From Bacteroides sp. (GTDB taxonomy: Bacteria; Bacteroidota; Bacteroidia; Bacteroidales; Bacteroidaceae), in contig JAXFUC010000011.1 of NCBI GenBank assembly GCA_034176395.1, positions 14,235 through 78,234 of the forward strand: a DNA stretch of 64,000 nt, given 5' to 3'. Position 1 is the first letter of the stretch. Each line of letters starts with the position of its first letter. Below, piece by piece: positions 31,078 through 41,546 of the stretch. The notes below the pieces were generated by a model, which saw nothing but the letters and a program-made list of their open reading frames with translations, was not told the origin of the DNA and searched no databases. The translations under genes and the position numbers were made by a program.

Positions 31078-33216
31078 ATGGCAACCTTGCAAAAAATCAG
31101 GTCCAGAGGACCACTGCTCGTGATTGTAATCGGCTTGGCTTTGTTTGCTTTCATCGCGAGTGACGCGTGGAAAGTAGCGCAACCGCATCAAGTGCAAGAA
31201 GCGGGTATCGTAAACGGAGACAAACTTTCTGCACAAGACTACCAAAAAATGGTAGAGGAGTACACCGATGTAGTCAAAACGATGAGAGGAGTCAATTCCT
31301 TGACAGACGAACAAGCCGCTCAGGTCAGAGATGAAGTGTGGCAGTCGTATGTGAACAATCGCCTGATTGAAACAGAAGCCGAAAAGTTGGGACTTAAGGT
31401 ATCCGATGCAGAGATTCAAGACATCCTGCGTATGGGCACTCATCCGTTGCTTCTGCAAACTCCGTTTGTGAATCAACAGACCGGACGTTTTGACAAGGAC
31501 ATGCTCAATAAGTTCCTCGTGGACTATGCCGACTTATCGAAGAAAGGCGAAAGCGCTGCCTACGCAGAGCAGTACACCAGGCTCTATAACTTTTGGGCTT
31601 TCATTGAAAAGACTTTGCGCCAAAACCGTTTGGCCGAGAAATATCAATCGTTGATTTCCAAGGCGCTGATCTCAAACCCCGTGGAAGCTCAGCAATCGTT
31701 CGACGCTCGCAGCAAGCAGTACAATCTAGTACTGGCTACCATACCCTACGCACAAGTACCCGATTCTGCTGTCACCGTCAAAGAAGCCGATTTGAAAGAG
31801 CTCTATAACAAGCGTAAGGAGCAATTCAAGCAATATCGCGAAACCCGCGATGTGAAGTATATCGACGTTCAGGTAACAGCCAGCGCAGAGGATCGAGCCT
31901 CCATTCAGAAAGAAGTGGACGAAGCAGCAGCTCAACTGACTGCAACCACCGACGACTATGCAGCCGTTGTACGTGCAGCCGGTTCGGAATTGGCCTACGT
32001 AGATTTGCTCATTGGCCGGGAAGCTTTCCCTGCCGACGTGGCCACTCGCCTTGACTCGGTGGGTGTGGGTACGGTTCACAGCCCCTACTACAACGCAACC
32101 GACAATACGCTGAACACGTTCAAGGTGGTGAGCAAAGGCATGGGAGCCGACTCCATCCGCTTCCGCCAAATCCAAGTCGTTGCTGCCGATCCGGTACGCA
32201 CCAAGACTTTGGCCGACAGCATCTACAATGCACTGAAGGGAGGAGCCGACTTTGCCGAACTGGCACAACGCTACGGACAAACGGGTGAAGCCACTTGGCT
32301 CACCGCTGCTCAATACGAAGGTGCGCAGGTAGATGGCGACAATCTGCGATTCCTTTCTACGTTGAATCAGATGAGCGCAGGCGAACTCAAAGATCTGTCT
32401 TTGGGTCAAGGACAAATCATCCTTCAAGTGCAAGATCGCCGCGCCTTGAAAGAAAAGTATAAGGTGGCAGTTGTGAAGCGAGAAGTTGCATTCAGCAAAG
32501 AAACCTACAACCGCGCCTACAACGACTTCAGTCAATTCATCGCCGCCAACCCCACACTCGAGAAGCTCGAAGCCAATGCCGAAGAAGCCGGCTATAAGCT
32601 CTTGGAAAGAGAAGATCTTTACAGCTCGGAACACTACATCGGAGGCGTGAGAGGTACTAAGGAAGCATTGCGCTGGCTCTTTGAGGCCAAACCCGGCAAT
32701 GTATCGGGACTGTACGAATGCGGAGATAACGACCACCTCATGGTGGTAGCCCTCACCAAAGTCAACCCCGAAGGCTATCGCTCGTTGCAAGACGTGCAAG
32801 ATGTGCTCCGCGCCGAGCTCATCAAGGACAAGAAGGCCGAGAAGATCATGAATGATATAAAGGCAGCCAACGTCACCACCCTCGAAGCTTGTGCAGCAAT
32901 GAACGGTGCTATGACCGACTCGCTCAAGCTGGTTAGCTTCTCGGCTCCGGCCTACGTAGCAGCTCTGCGTAGCAGCGAACCGTTGGTAGGTGCTTATGCC
33001 TCGGTGGCCGCTGTGGACAAAGTGAGTGCCCCCATCAAAGGCATTGCGGGCGTACTGTTGCTGAAGAAATACAGCGAAGAGCCCCAAACCGAAACCATGG
33101 ATGCGAAGAACGAAGAGAACATGCTTGCAGCCATGCACGCACGTTTGGCCTCTCGCCTCATCAACGATCTGTATTTGAAAGCTAAAGTAGAAGACAAACG
33201 TTATTTGTTCTTCTAA
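31078..33216 (+). CDS. ppiD: PpiD/SurA-N-domain periplasmic chaperone / peptidyl-prolyl isomerase
   Basis: MATLQKIRS..LLVIVIGLALFAF N-terminal anchor, SurA-N helices, parvulin-like ADSIYNALKGGADFAELAQRY. Confidence 0.82.
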   Translation: MATLQKIRSRGPLLVIVIGLALFAFIASDAWKVAQPHQVQEAGIVNGDKLSAQDYQKMVEEYTDVVKTMRGVNSLTDEQAAQVRDEVWQSYVNNRLIETEAEKLGLKVSDAEIQDILRMGTHPLLLQTPFVNQQTGRFDKDMLNKFLVDYADLSKKGESAAYAEQYTRLYNFWAFIEKTLRQNRLAEKYQSLISKALISNPVEAQQSFDARSKQYNLVLATIPYAQVPDSAVTVKEADLKELYNKRKEQFKQYRETRDVKYIDVQVTASAEDRASIQKEVDEAAAQLTATTDDYAAVVRAAGSELAYVDLLIGREAFPADVATRLDSVGVGTVHSPYYNATDNTLNTFKVVSKGMGADSIRFRQIQVVAADPVRTKTLADSIYNALKGGADFAELAQRYGQTGEATWLTAAQYEGAQVDGDNLRFLSTLNQMSAGELKDLSLGQGQIILQVQDRRALKEKYKVAVVKREVAFSKETYNRAYNDFSQFIAANPTLEKLEANAEEAGYKLLEREDLYSSEHYIGGVRGTKEALRWLFEAKPGNVSGLYECGDNDHLMVVALTKVNPEGYRSLQDVQDVLRAELIKDKKAEKIMNDIKAANVTTLEACAAMNGAMTDSLKLVSFSAPAYVAALRSSEPLVGAYASVAAVDKVSAPIKGIAGVLLLKKYSEEPQTETMDAKNEENMLAAMHARLASRLINDLYLKAKVEDKRYLFF

Positions 33217-33250
33217 ACCTCGCTTGCGAGATACATACATAGACCATGCC

Positions 33251-33302
33251 GCCGGCACGAATCCGCGACTCCAAGTCGGGCTTCGTGCCGGCAGTCTTTT
33301 TA
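33251..33302 (+). terminator. Rho-independent terminator after ppiD
   Basis: GCCGGCACGAA...TTCGTGCCGGC 11-bp stem followed by agtcttttt. Confidence 0.8.
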
Positions 33303-33564
33303 ACGCCTATTGATTAAAAGCTCCGCCCTTTGCCTGCAAACTGCCCCTATGTACCGGCGCAAAGGCAAATGCCTTTCTTGACACCTATCCACACGGTGCT
33401 ACTGTCGCCCTTTCGGAGACAAGCGTGGAAGTCAATACCTTGCTCGACGTCCTCTCGCACAACGCTACAAACGACCAACCACATACAGAAGCGGGGGTGA
33501 ATACCTATGAAAGTATTCACCCCCACCTTATATCCGACATATGGGTTTGCAAAATCTTCGACGG

Positions 33565-34866
33565 CTATTCGCTGCTACCGGGTATTTCGCGCTCGGTGTC
33601 TTGCTTGAGGATGATGCGCAGCGAACGGTCGTAGGTGAAATAGTTCCACACCCAATTGAGCAAGACCACCAGCTTATTGCGCACCGATAGAATGGACCGT
33701 AGATGCACCACCAGCCACAAGACCCAAGCCGTGAATCCTCCCCATTTCATTCGGCCGATTTCGGCCACTGCCCGATTGCGCCCAATGGTGGCCATCGACC
33801 CCAAGTCCTTGTACATAAACCCTTTCATGGCTTGTGCGGCTTGCAAGCGTTTTAAATTCTCGGCCAAAAGTTTGGCTTGCTGCAAGGCCACTTGCGCCAT
33901 TTGCGGATGCCCCTGCGGATAGTTTGCATCGGTGGTCATAATGCATTGATCGCCCAATGCAAACACATCTTCATAACCTTCCACTCGGTTATAGGCATCC
34001 ACCACAATGCGTCGACCACGCCCCAACGAGGCTTCGGTCAGTCCGCTCGTCTCGTTGGCCACAATACCGCTCACCCAGATGACACTGCGTGTAGCCAGTC
34101 GACGTCCGCCTCGCAAGCTCAGCTGTCGGCCATCGTAGTCGTCCACAAACGTATCGGTGCACACCTCCACGCCCAACTCTTGTAGCCCACGCAAGGCTTT
34201 GGCCGAGCTTTGCTCGCTCATGGCAGCCAAGATGCGAGGCGAGGCATCGAGCAGAGTGATGCGCATCAGATCCGTACCGAGGTCGGGATAGTCTTTGGGC
34301 ACCACATATCGCTTCATCTCGGCCAATGCCCCGGCAATTTCCACGCCCGTGGGTCCTCCACCCACAACGACAATGTTGAGCAATTCCTGCCGTTCTTCTT
34401 CGGAGGCACAAACCGCTTGTTCCAACCTTTGCAGCAGCACATTGCGCAGGCGAACGCTTTCGTTCAGCGTCTTCATGGGCAAAGCATGGGCGGCTATGCG
34501 CTCATTGCCAAAGAAATTGGTGGTGGCACCGCATGCCAACACCAAGAAGTCATAGTCGATGGCACCTATGTCCGTTTGCACCCGTTTGTGGGCAACATCA
34601 ATTCGCTCCAACGTGGCCAAGCGGAAGTAGAAGTTGCCTTTGCGGTGAAAAGCCGAACGAAAGGGAAATGCGATGGTACTTGGCTCCAGCCCCGACGAAG
34701 CCACTTGGTAGATCAGCGGTGGGAATTGGTGATAATTATTCCTATCGAGAAGCACCACCTGGAACAACCGACTGTCGAGCGATTGTGCCAGCTTAAGGCC
34801 GGCAAAGCCACCCCCTACGATGAGTACACGGGGCAGACCGGTGGAAGGAAGATGAGACGAAGGCAT
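33565..34866 (-). CDS. ndh: Type II NADH:quinone oxidoreductase
   Basis: GGGFAG and VVGGGPTGVEIAG dinucleotide motifs, HQFPPLIYQVA, FALGD, AQVALQQA, KDLGSMATIGR. Confidence 0.92.
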   Translation of the reverse strand: MPSSHLPSTGLPRVLIVGGGFAGLKLAQSLDSRLFQVVLLDRNNYHQFPPLIYQVASSGLEPSTIAFPFRSAFHRKGNFYFRLATLERIDVAHKRVQTDIGAIDYDFLVLACGATTNFFGNERIAAHALPMKTLNESVRLRNVLLQRLEQAVCASEEERQELLNIVVVGGGPTGVEIAGALAEMKRYVVPKDYPDLGTDLMRITLLDASPRILAAMSEQSSAKALRGLQELGVEVCTDTFVDDYDGRQLSLRGGRRLATRSVIWVSGIVANETSGLTEASLGRGRRIVVDAYNRVEGYEDVFALGDQCIMTTDANYPQGHPQMAQVALQQAKLLAENLKRLQAAQAMKGFMYKDLGSMATIGRNRAVAEIGRMKWGGFTAWVLWLVVHLRSILSVRNKLVVLLNWVWNYFTYDRSLRIILKQDTEREIPGSSE

Positions 34867-34916
34867 TGTTTATGAAGTATTTGTAGTTAGTAGTCGTCAA
34901 AACGAGCGAACCTTAT

Positions 34917-35285
34917 TCAGCCCACCCACAACACAGCGGCCAAGGCCAACAAAGCCGGCACGCCTTGCTTGAGCAAGATGGTCGGCGATGAGTGATATGC
35001 CCCGTAGGCAGCAGCCACCGCTATGCAAGTTAAGAAAAACACACGAATGGAGAACGCCCATTGAGGATCGTCGATGAAGAATGTCCAAATCAGCCCGGCA
35101 GCCAAAAAGCCGTTGTACAGCCCTTGATTGGCTGCCAGCCCACGTGTGGGAGCAAACAGTTCATCGGGCAATGAGCCTTTGAATACACGCCGTCCCACGG
35201 ACTCCCACGCAAACATTTCGATGTAAAGAATGTAGAGATGCTCCAAGGCCACAACGGCCGTAAGAATCGAAGCTAAAAGTTCCAT
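34917..35285 (-). CDS. DUF1304 family small membrane protein
   Basis: VALEHLYILYIEMF.W and LAANQGLYNGFLAAGL motifs; start at MELLAS (or 35291). Confidence 0.85.
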   Translation of the reverse strand: MELLASILTAVVALEHLYILYIEMFAWESVGRRVFKGSLPDELFAPTRGLAANQGLYNGFLAAGLIWTFFIDDPQWAFSIRVFFLTCIAVAAAYGAYHSSPTILLKQGVPALLALAAVLWVG

Positions 35286-35355
35286 AACCATATACCTATG
35301 AAAGACCACTGGATAAACCGAATGCCTACGATCGAAAATCCAAGGCTTCGTTCCA

Positions 35356-35363
35356 CAAAGGTA
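35356..35363 (-). promoter_or_regulatory. Housekeeping promoter -7 element (TACCTTTG)
   Basis: TAnnTTTG on minus strand about 70 bp upstream of DUF1304. Confidence 0.55.
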
Positions 35364-35421
35364 GGAGAAATCTACCGAGATTTGACCAATGGCAGGGTTA
35401 AAGATTCTTGTTTGGTCCATC

Positions 35422-35503
35422 CAATGTACAAACACTTAGTCCACAAAGTGTAGGCACTTAAGTCGCAAAGTGTGGGCACTTCGTTTGCAAAGTGCAGGTA
35501 CTC
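35422..35503 (-). repeat. Tandem array of four 22-bp units, reverse orientation
   Basis: Units at 35422, 35444, 35466, 35488: caatgtacaaacactt / caaagtgtaggcactt / caaagtgtgggcactt / caaagtgcaggtactc. Confidence 0.9.
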
Positions 35504-35714
35504 GGAAAACAACGAACGTAGGGGCCGTTTGTCTGCCATCCAAGGACTTCGTCCACCCCAACCAAACCATCGCCTCTCAACATCTCGCTCCTTCCCATTC
35601 AGCAGTCGCACTGTGCCGGGCAACGGGCTTCACCTCCCCCACCCAACGAAGATGAGCACCGAGGAAGCACTAAAGTTTCCCCATCCACTTGCCCCTATAT
35701 CTGCGTAAAAACCT

Positions 35715-35722
35715 TATTTTTG
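35715..35722 (+). promoter_or_regulatory. Housekeeping promoter -7 element (TATTTTTG)
   Basis: TAnnTTTG 27 bp upstream of the rlmN ATG. Confidence 0.55.
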
Positions 35723-35748
35723 CGGAGATAAAACGGCAAACAGACAAA

Positions 35749-36801
35749 ATGACAGACAAAGAACCCCTCCTGGGAAAGACGTTGATAGAGCTGCAAGCAG
35801 TGGCCAAACACTTGGGAATGCCTGCCTTTGCCGGCAAGCAAATGGCCCAATGGCTATACGAGAAGAAAGCCGCTTCCATCGACGAAATGAGCAACCTCTC
35901 GCTCAAGCACCGCGAACTGCTCAAGCAATCCTACGAGGTAGGGTTGACACCGCCCATAGAGGCTTCGCATTCCATCGACGGCACCATCAAATACCTCTAC
36001 CCCATAGGTAGCCACACGGTGGAGGCCGTCTACATTCCCGAAGACGAGCGAGCCACGCTTTGCGTCTCCTCGCAAGTGGGGTGCAAGATGGGGTGTAAGT
36101 TCTGCATGACGGGCCGACAAGGATTCTCGGCTCAGCTCACTGCCCATCAAATTCTGAATCAAATACAAGCTTTGCCCGAACGAGACCGACTGACCAACCT
36201 CGTGTTCATGGGCATGGGCGAGCCGCTGGACAACCTGGACGAAGTGCTCAAGGTATTGGAGATCCTGACCTCGGCCTACGGATACGGTTGGAGTCCCAAA
36301 CGCATCACCGTGTCGACCATCGGTCTGCGCAAGGGGCTACGACGCTTCATCGAGGAGAGCGACTGCCATTTGGCGGTGAGTTTGCACAGCCCCATCCCCG
36401 CCCAGCGCGCCGACCTCATGCCCGGTGAAAAGGCATTCTCCATCACCGAGGTGGTGGATCTGCTGCGCAACTACGACTTCAGCAAACAACGTCGCCTTTC
36501 GTTCGAGTACATCGTCTTCAAAGGTGTCAACGATTCGCCCGTCTATGCCAAGGAGCTACTCAGGTTACTTCGTGGGTTGGACTGCCGCATCAACCTCATT
36601 CGCTTTCATGCCATTCCCGACTCGCCGCTCCAAGGTGCCGAGATGGACACCATCGTTGCCCTACGCGACTACCTCACCTCGCACGGATTGTTCACCACCA
36701 TCCGGGCTTCGCGTGGCGAAGACATCTTCGCAGCCTGCGGTATGCTTGCCACCGTCAAAAAGAAAGCAGGCGAACAATCTGAAATGACCTCACCCGAATA
36801 A
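35749..36801 (+). CDS. rlmN: 23S rRNA A2503 / tRNA A37 C2-methyltransferase
   Basis: Radical SAM CVSSQVGCKMGCKFC, MGMGEP, SLHS and C-terminal AACG; start MTDKEP. Confidence 0.95.
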   Translation: MTDKEPLLGKTLIELQAVAKHLGMPAFAGKQMAQWLYEKKAASIDEMSNLSLKHRELLKQSYEVGLTPPIEASHSIDGTIKYLYPIGSHTVEAVYIPEDERATLCVSSQVGCKMGCKFCMTGRQGFSAQLTAHQILNQIQALPERDRLTNLVFMGMGEPLDNLDEVLKVLEILTSAYGYGWSPKRITVSTIGLRKGLRRFIEESDCHLAVSLHSPIPAQRADLMPGEKAFSITEVVDLLRNYDFSKQRRLSFEYIVFKGVNDSPVYAKELLRLLRGLDCRINLIRFHAIPDSPLQGAEMDTIVALRDYLTSHGLFTTIRASRGEDIFAACGMLATVKKKAGEQSEMTSPE

Positions 36802-36821
36802 TAACCCTCATCCCCACAGTC

Positions 36822-37847
36822 ATGAAAAGAATTTCCTTTTTTTTCGCACTGATATACACAGCCTTCGTTTGCATTTCATGCGTAGGCACCAACCCACGCT
36901 CCAGCGGTCGGCCTTTCGAGCTGCTGGTGGTCATTGAACCTCAACTCTGGGATGTTCCGGCAGGGCAAGCCATTCAGGCGGCATTGGACATGGATGTACC
37001 GGGCCTGCCGCAGTCGGAACCCTCGTTCAGAGTGATGCACGCCGCCCCACAGCACTTCGACTCCACACTCAAGCTCATACGAAACGTCATCGTGGTGGAG
37101 GTGAGCGACAAATTCACCAAGGGATCTTTCAAATCCACCAAAGACCTCTACGCCAACTCACAGGTGATACTCACCATCCAAGCTCCCGATGCAGAGAGTC
37201 TCGAAGCCTTTGTCAACGAAAATAGGGCGGCCATCGTGTCCTACTTCACCCGCATCGAGATGAACCGTCAGATCCAAACCTTGGAGAAATCGCATAGTGC
37301 ACGCATCGACCAATTGGCCGATAGTCTTTTCGGCAGTCACATTTGGATACCGGCCGAACTGCAATCCTACAAAGTGGGGCAGGACTTCCTATGGGCATCG
37401 ACCAACGCCGCCAGCGGCGACCGCAACGTGGTGATCTATTCCTATCCCTATACCGACAAGGACACCTTCACCAAGGACTTCTTCGTTCGCAAACGCGACT
37501 CGGTGATGCAAGTAAACATTCCCGGGTATAAAGAAGGAGTATATATGGGCACCGACTCGCTGCTGACCACCACCAAAGCCATCAGCGTTCAGAAGGAATA
37601 TGCCTTTGAGGCACGCGGTTTGTGGCGCATGGTGGGCGATTTCATGGGAGGCCCCTACGTGTCGCACACCCGCCTGGACAAGACCAAGAACCGCATCATC
37701 ACGGCCGAAGTCTTTGTGTACTCGCCCGACAAGATGAAACGCAACCTCATTCGCCTCATGGAGGCATCGCTCTACACCCTCAGACTTCCCGGCGACTCGA
37801 CGGCCACTGCCATTCCCTTGGACATGGTCAACGAGCGCACACAATAA
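36822..37847 (+). CDS. DUF4837 family lipoprotein
   Basis: Lipobox CIS-C; SSGRPFELLVV, PGLPQSEP.F, RGLWRM..DFMGGPYVSH motifs. Confidence 0.8.
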   Translation: MKRISFFFALIYTAFVCISCVGTNPRSSGRPFELLVVIEPQLWDVPAGQAIQAALDMDVPGLPQSEPSFRVMHAAPQHFDSTLKLIRNVIVVEVSDKFTKGSFKSTKDLYANSQVILTIQAPDAESLEAFVNENRAAIVSYFTRIEMNRQIQTLEKSHSARIDQLADSLFGSHIWIPAELQSYKVGQDFLWASTNAASGDRNVVIYSYPYTDKDTFTKDFFVRKRDSVMQVNIPGYKEGVYMGTDSLLTTTKAISVQKEYAFEARGLWRMVGDFMGGPYVSHTRLDKTKNRIITAEVFVYSPDKMKRNLIRLMEASLYTLRLPGDSTATAIPLDMVNERTQ

Positions 37848-37879
37848 ACATTCATCCCTCGTACATAAGACATATTCTC

Positions 37880-38971
37880 ATGGAAGAACAAAAGATAAGG
37901 GTGGGCATCACCCAAGGCGACGTCAACGGAGTGGGCTACGAAGTCATCTTGAAAGCCTTTGCCGACGCCACGATGTTCGAACTCTGCACCCCCATTGTAT
38001 ATGGCTCGCCCAAGGTGGCAGCCTATCACCGCAAAGCGTTGGATTTGAATACCAACTTCAGCATCGTAAACTCAGCCTCCGAAGCACTGCCCGGACGGAT
38101 GAGCGTGGTCAATTGCACCGACGATGAAGTCAAGGTAGAATTTGCCCAACCTTCCGTGGAATCGGGCAAAGCAGCCTTGGGCGCACTCGAGCAGGCCGTG
38201 CGCGAATATCGCGAAGGCCTTATCGACGTGCTGGTAACCGCTCCCATCAACAAGCATATCATCCGCGAGGCCGGTTTCAACTTCTCGGGACATACCGAGT
38301 ACATCGAAGAACGCCTGGGGCAGGGCAACAAAAGCCTCATGATTCTCATGAAGGACGAACTGCGCATAGCCTTGGTTACCACCCACCTACCCCTGGGCGA
38401 AGTGTCGGCTGCCATTACGAAAGAACTGATTCAGGAGAAGATACTCATCTTCCACCAAACCCTTAAACAAGACTTTGGCATCGGTGCCCCACGCATCGCC
38501 GTATTGGCACTCAATCCCCATGCCGGCGATAACGGTGTGCTGGGGCGCGAGGAGCAAGAAATCATCATCCCCGCCATCCAAGAGCTGGAGGCCAAGAAAG
38601 TGTGGTGCTACGGCCCGTATCCGGCCGACGGTTTCATGGGCACAGCCGGCTACCGACACTTCGACGGCGTGCTGGCCATGTATCACGACCAAGGTTTGGC
38701 TCCGTTCAAAGTCATCGCCATGGACGAAGGTGTCAATTACACCGCAGGCTTGCCGGTGGTGAGAACCTCGCCCGCACACGGCACGGCCTACGACATCGCC
38801 GGCAAAGGTGTGGCCGCCGAAGACTCGTTCCGCCAAGCCGTCTATGCCGCCATCGACATCTATCGCAACCGGAAACGCTTGAAGCAGGCACAAAACAACC
38901 CGCTACGCAGACAGTATTACGAAAAACGAGACGACAGCGACAAGCTCAAGCTCGATTCGGTCGACGAATAA
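37880..38971 (+). CDS. pdxA: 4-hydroxythreonine-4-phosphate dehydrogenase
   Basis: GITQGDVNGVGYE, VTAPINK, GHTEY, LNPHAGD, AMYHDQGL, RTSPAHGTAYDIAGK. Confidence 0.95.
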   Translation: MEEQKIRVGITQGDVNGVGYEVILKAFADATMFELCTPIVYGSPKVAAYHRKALDLNTNFSIVNSASEALPGRMSVVNCTDDEVKVEFAQPSVESGKAALGALEQAVREYREGLIDVLVTAPINKHIIREAGFNFSGHTEYIEERLGQGNKSLMILMKDELRIALVTTHLPLGEVSAAITKELIQEKILIFHQTLKQDFGIGAPRIAVLALNPHAGDNGVLGREEQEIIIPAIQELEAKKVWCYGPYPADGFMGTAGYRHFDGVLAMYHDQGLAPFKVIAMDEGVNYTAGLPVVRTSPAHGTAYDIAGKGVAAEDSFRQAVYAAIDIYRNRKRLKQAQNNPLRRQYYEKRDDSDKLKLDSVDE

Positions 38972-39007
38972 TCGCCACGCCCACTTCTCACCCTCACGAA
39001 CCACAGC

Positions 39008-40252
39008 ATGACGAAAGCAGAAATACAACAGGTAAAACTACGCTTCGGAATCATTGGCAACACCGAAGCATTGAGCCGCGCCATCGACGTGGCCATTCAG
39101 GTGGCACCCACCGATCTGTCCGTACTCATCACCGGAGAGAGTGGTGTGGGCAAGGAAAGTTTTCCCCAAATCATCCACCAGTACAGCCGCCGAAAGCACG
39201 GACAGTACATCGCTGTGAACTGCGGAGCTATCCCCGAAGGCACAATCGACTCGGAGCTGTTCGGTCACGAAAAAGGGGCATTCACCGGAGCCATCGGAGA
39301 ACGCAAAGGATACTTTGGCGAAGCGGACGGTGGCACCATATTCCTCGATGAGGTGGGCGAACTTCCACTGCCCACACAAGCCCGACTGCTGCGGGTACTT
39401 GAGAACGGCGAATACATCAAGGTGGGGTCGTCCAAGGTGCAAAAGACCGATGTTCGCATCGTAGCAGCCACCAATGTCAACCTGGCTCAAGCCATCAGCG
39501 AAGGGAAGTTCAGGGAAGACCTGTTCTATCGCCTCAACACCATCCCCATACAAGTACCTCCCCTGCGCGAGCGGGGCGAAGATTCGCTGCTCTTGTTTCG
39601 TAAGTTTGCCGCCGACTTTGCAGAGAAATACCGCATGCCGGCCATTCAGCTGACCGACGAAGCCAAGCAATTGATACTCTCGTATCCCTGGCCCGGCAAC
39701 GTGAGGCAGTTGAAAAACATTGCCGAGCAAATATCCATCATCGAGACCAATCGGGAGATTACCGCCTCCATGCTCGAATCCTATCTGCCTCGACAAGCCT
39801 CGCAACGCCTCCCCGTCTTTTTAGGTGGCTCGCCCGGTGAAGGCAGAAAGGGTTTTGAGAGCGAACGAGAGATTCTCTACTCCGTGCTTTTCGATATGCG
39901 ACAAGAGGTGGCCGAACTCAAAAAGATGGTGCACAACCTGATGGCCGAGCGAGGCAGTTCCATCGTCGGCACCCACGCTGCGCCCGTACAGCACACCACA
40001 GAACACACCATTGCCACGTTGATACCGGCCGTTGCAACCGCTCCTTCGCTACGTATAGCGGAGAAGGACGATACCGATATTCAGGACACTGAGGAGTATG
40101 TCGAAGAACCCCTTTCCCTGGACGAAGCCGAGAAAGAACTCATTCGCAAAGCCCTGGCCAAGCACCATGGAAAGCGCAAGTACGCAGCACGCGACCTCAA
40201 CATATCCGAACGCACATTGTACCGCAAAATCAAAGAATATGGACTGGAGTAA
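39008..40252 (+). CDS. Sigma-54-interacting AAA+ regulator with Fis HTH, no receiver domain
   Basis: GESGVGKE Walker A, SELFGHEKGAFTGA, FLDEVGEL, FREDLFYRLN, WPGNVRQL, C-terminal HTH. Confidence 0.92.
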   Translation: MTKAEIQQVKLRFGIIGNTEALSRAIDVAIQVAPTDLSVLITGESGVGKESFPQIIHQYSRRKHGQYIAVNCGAIPEGTIDSELFGHEKGAFTGAIGERKGYFGEADGGTIFLDEVGELPLPTQARLLRVLENGEYIKVGSSKVQKTDVRIVAATNVNLAQAISEGKFREDLFYRLNTIPIQVPPLRERGEDSLLLFRKFAADFAEKYRMPAIQLTDEAKQLILSYPWPGNVRQLKNIAEQISIIETNREITASMLESYLPRQASQRLPVFLGGSPGEGRKGFESEREILYSVLFDMRQEVAELKKMVHNLMAERGSSIVGTHAAPVQHTTEHTIATLIPAVATAPSLRIAEKDDTDIQDTEEYVEEPLSLDEAEKELIRKALAKHHGKRKYAARDLNISERTLYRKIKEYGLE

Positions 40253-40769
40253 GAACCTATACCTACGCATCTTCGCACCGGTGATACTCATCGGAGTGCT
40301 GGGAGCTTGCAGCATCTCCTACAAATTCAACGGGTCGTCCATCAACTACGACCGGGTGAAAAGCATCTCCATTGCCGACTTCCCCATTAAGTCCGAATAC
40401 GTATATGCCCCCTTGGGAACACGTTTCAACGAGGAGCTGAAAGACATATTCGTGCGCCAAACACGCCTGCAACTCCTGCGCCCCAGCCAAGAAGCCGACC
40501 TGCGCATCGAAGGGGAGATTGTGGGTTACAACCAGTACAACCAAGCCGTTTCGGCCGATGGCTACTCAGCCGAGACGAAACTCACCATCACCATCAACGT
40601 GAGGTTCGTAAACAACACCAATCACAAAGAAGATTTCGAGCGACAGTTCACTGCCTTCCGCACCTATGACTCCAGACAATTGCTAACCGCCGTACAAGAC
40701 GGACTCATTGCCGAGATGACGCAAGAAATCACCGAACAGATATTCAACGCCACCGTCGCCAATTGGTGA
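40239..40769 (+). CDS. lptE: LptE family lipoprotein
   Basis: Lipobox LGA-C-SISYKFNG, ADLRIEGEIVGY, RFVNN..EDFE..F motifs; start MDWSKN. Confidence 0.8.
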   Translation: MDWSKNLYLRIFAPVILIGVLGACSISYKFNGSSINYDRVKSISIADFPIKSEYVYAPLGTRFNEELKDIFVRQTRLQLLRPSQEADLRIEGEIVGYNQYNQAVSADGYSAETKLTITINVRFVNNTNHKEDFERQFTAFRTYDSRQLLTAVQDGLIAEMTQEITEQIFNATVANW

Positions 40770-40796
40770 CACGGCCTTTCCATTGACCGACCGCAC

Positions 40797-41537
40797 ATGA
40801 ACCCCTCACAGCTACAACAGTGGATTCGTCGCCCCGAATTGCTCGATCGCAACAGCCTCTACGAACTGCGCAATCTCTTGGCACGCTATCCCTACTTTCA
40901 AACGCTGCGACTGCTCTATCTCAAAAATCTCTATCTGCTGCACGATAGCAGCTTCGGGAGCGAGCTGAGAAAATCGGTCATCTATGTACCCGACCGCAGG
41001 CGTCTCTTCTACCTCATCGAAGGCGAGCACCGTCTCACTCCACCTATCGATTCCGAGCAGAGCGAGGCCCCCACGGATGTGCCCCAAGAAGGGGTGGATC
41101 GCACACTGGCCCTCATCGAAGCCTTCCTGGCGCAAAGCGACGAAGCGATCCAAGAAGACGAACTTCCGCTCACCGATTACATCACCGACTACACGGCCTA
41201 TCTGCTACGAGAGTCCGATGAGCCTTCATCGGGTCTACCTTTGCCTCAACTGCGTCGACAAGACCTCATAGACAATTTCATCGAACAAGAATCACCCACC
41301 CGATCGATGGATACGCCCACCGAGCACAGCACGGATGAAACGACTGCCACGAGCGAAGTGGAAGAAGACTTTTATTTCACAGAAACCTTGGCAAAAATCT
41401 ACATCAAGCAACAGAAGTACGAAAAGGCACTGGAAATTATTAAGAGGTTAAGTTTGAAAACTCCAAGAAAAAACGCTTACTTTGCAGACCAAATTCGTTT
41501 CTTGGAGAAACTGATTATTAACGCTAACTCAAAATAA
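40797..41537 (+). CDS. Conserved TPR-containing protein
   Basis: LARYPYFQTLRLL N-terminus; FTETLAKIYIKQQKYEKA...YFADQIRFL TPR C-terminus. Confidence 0.75.
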   Translation: MNPSQLQQWIRRPELLDRNSLYELRNLLARYPYFQTLRLLYLKNLYLLHDSSFGSELRKSVIYVPDRRRLFYLIEGEHRLTPPIDSEQSEAPTDVPQEGVDRTLALIEAFLAQSDEAIQEDELPLTDYITDYTAYLLRESDEPSSGLPLPQLRRQDLIDNFIEQESPTRSMDTPTEHSTDETTATSEVEEDFYFTETLAKIYIKQQKYEKALEIIKRLSLKTPRKNAYFADQIRFLEKLIINANSK

Positions 41538-41546
41538 ATAGAAGAG

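Noticed and set aside
39008-40252. Receiver-less sigma-54 activator as a novel system
   Set aside because: To my knowledge this gene in the pdxA-lptE-secG context is a conserved Bacteroidota feature; nothing unusual in this copy.
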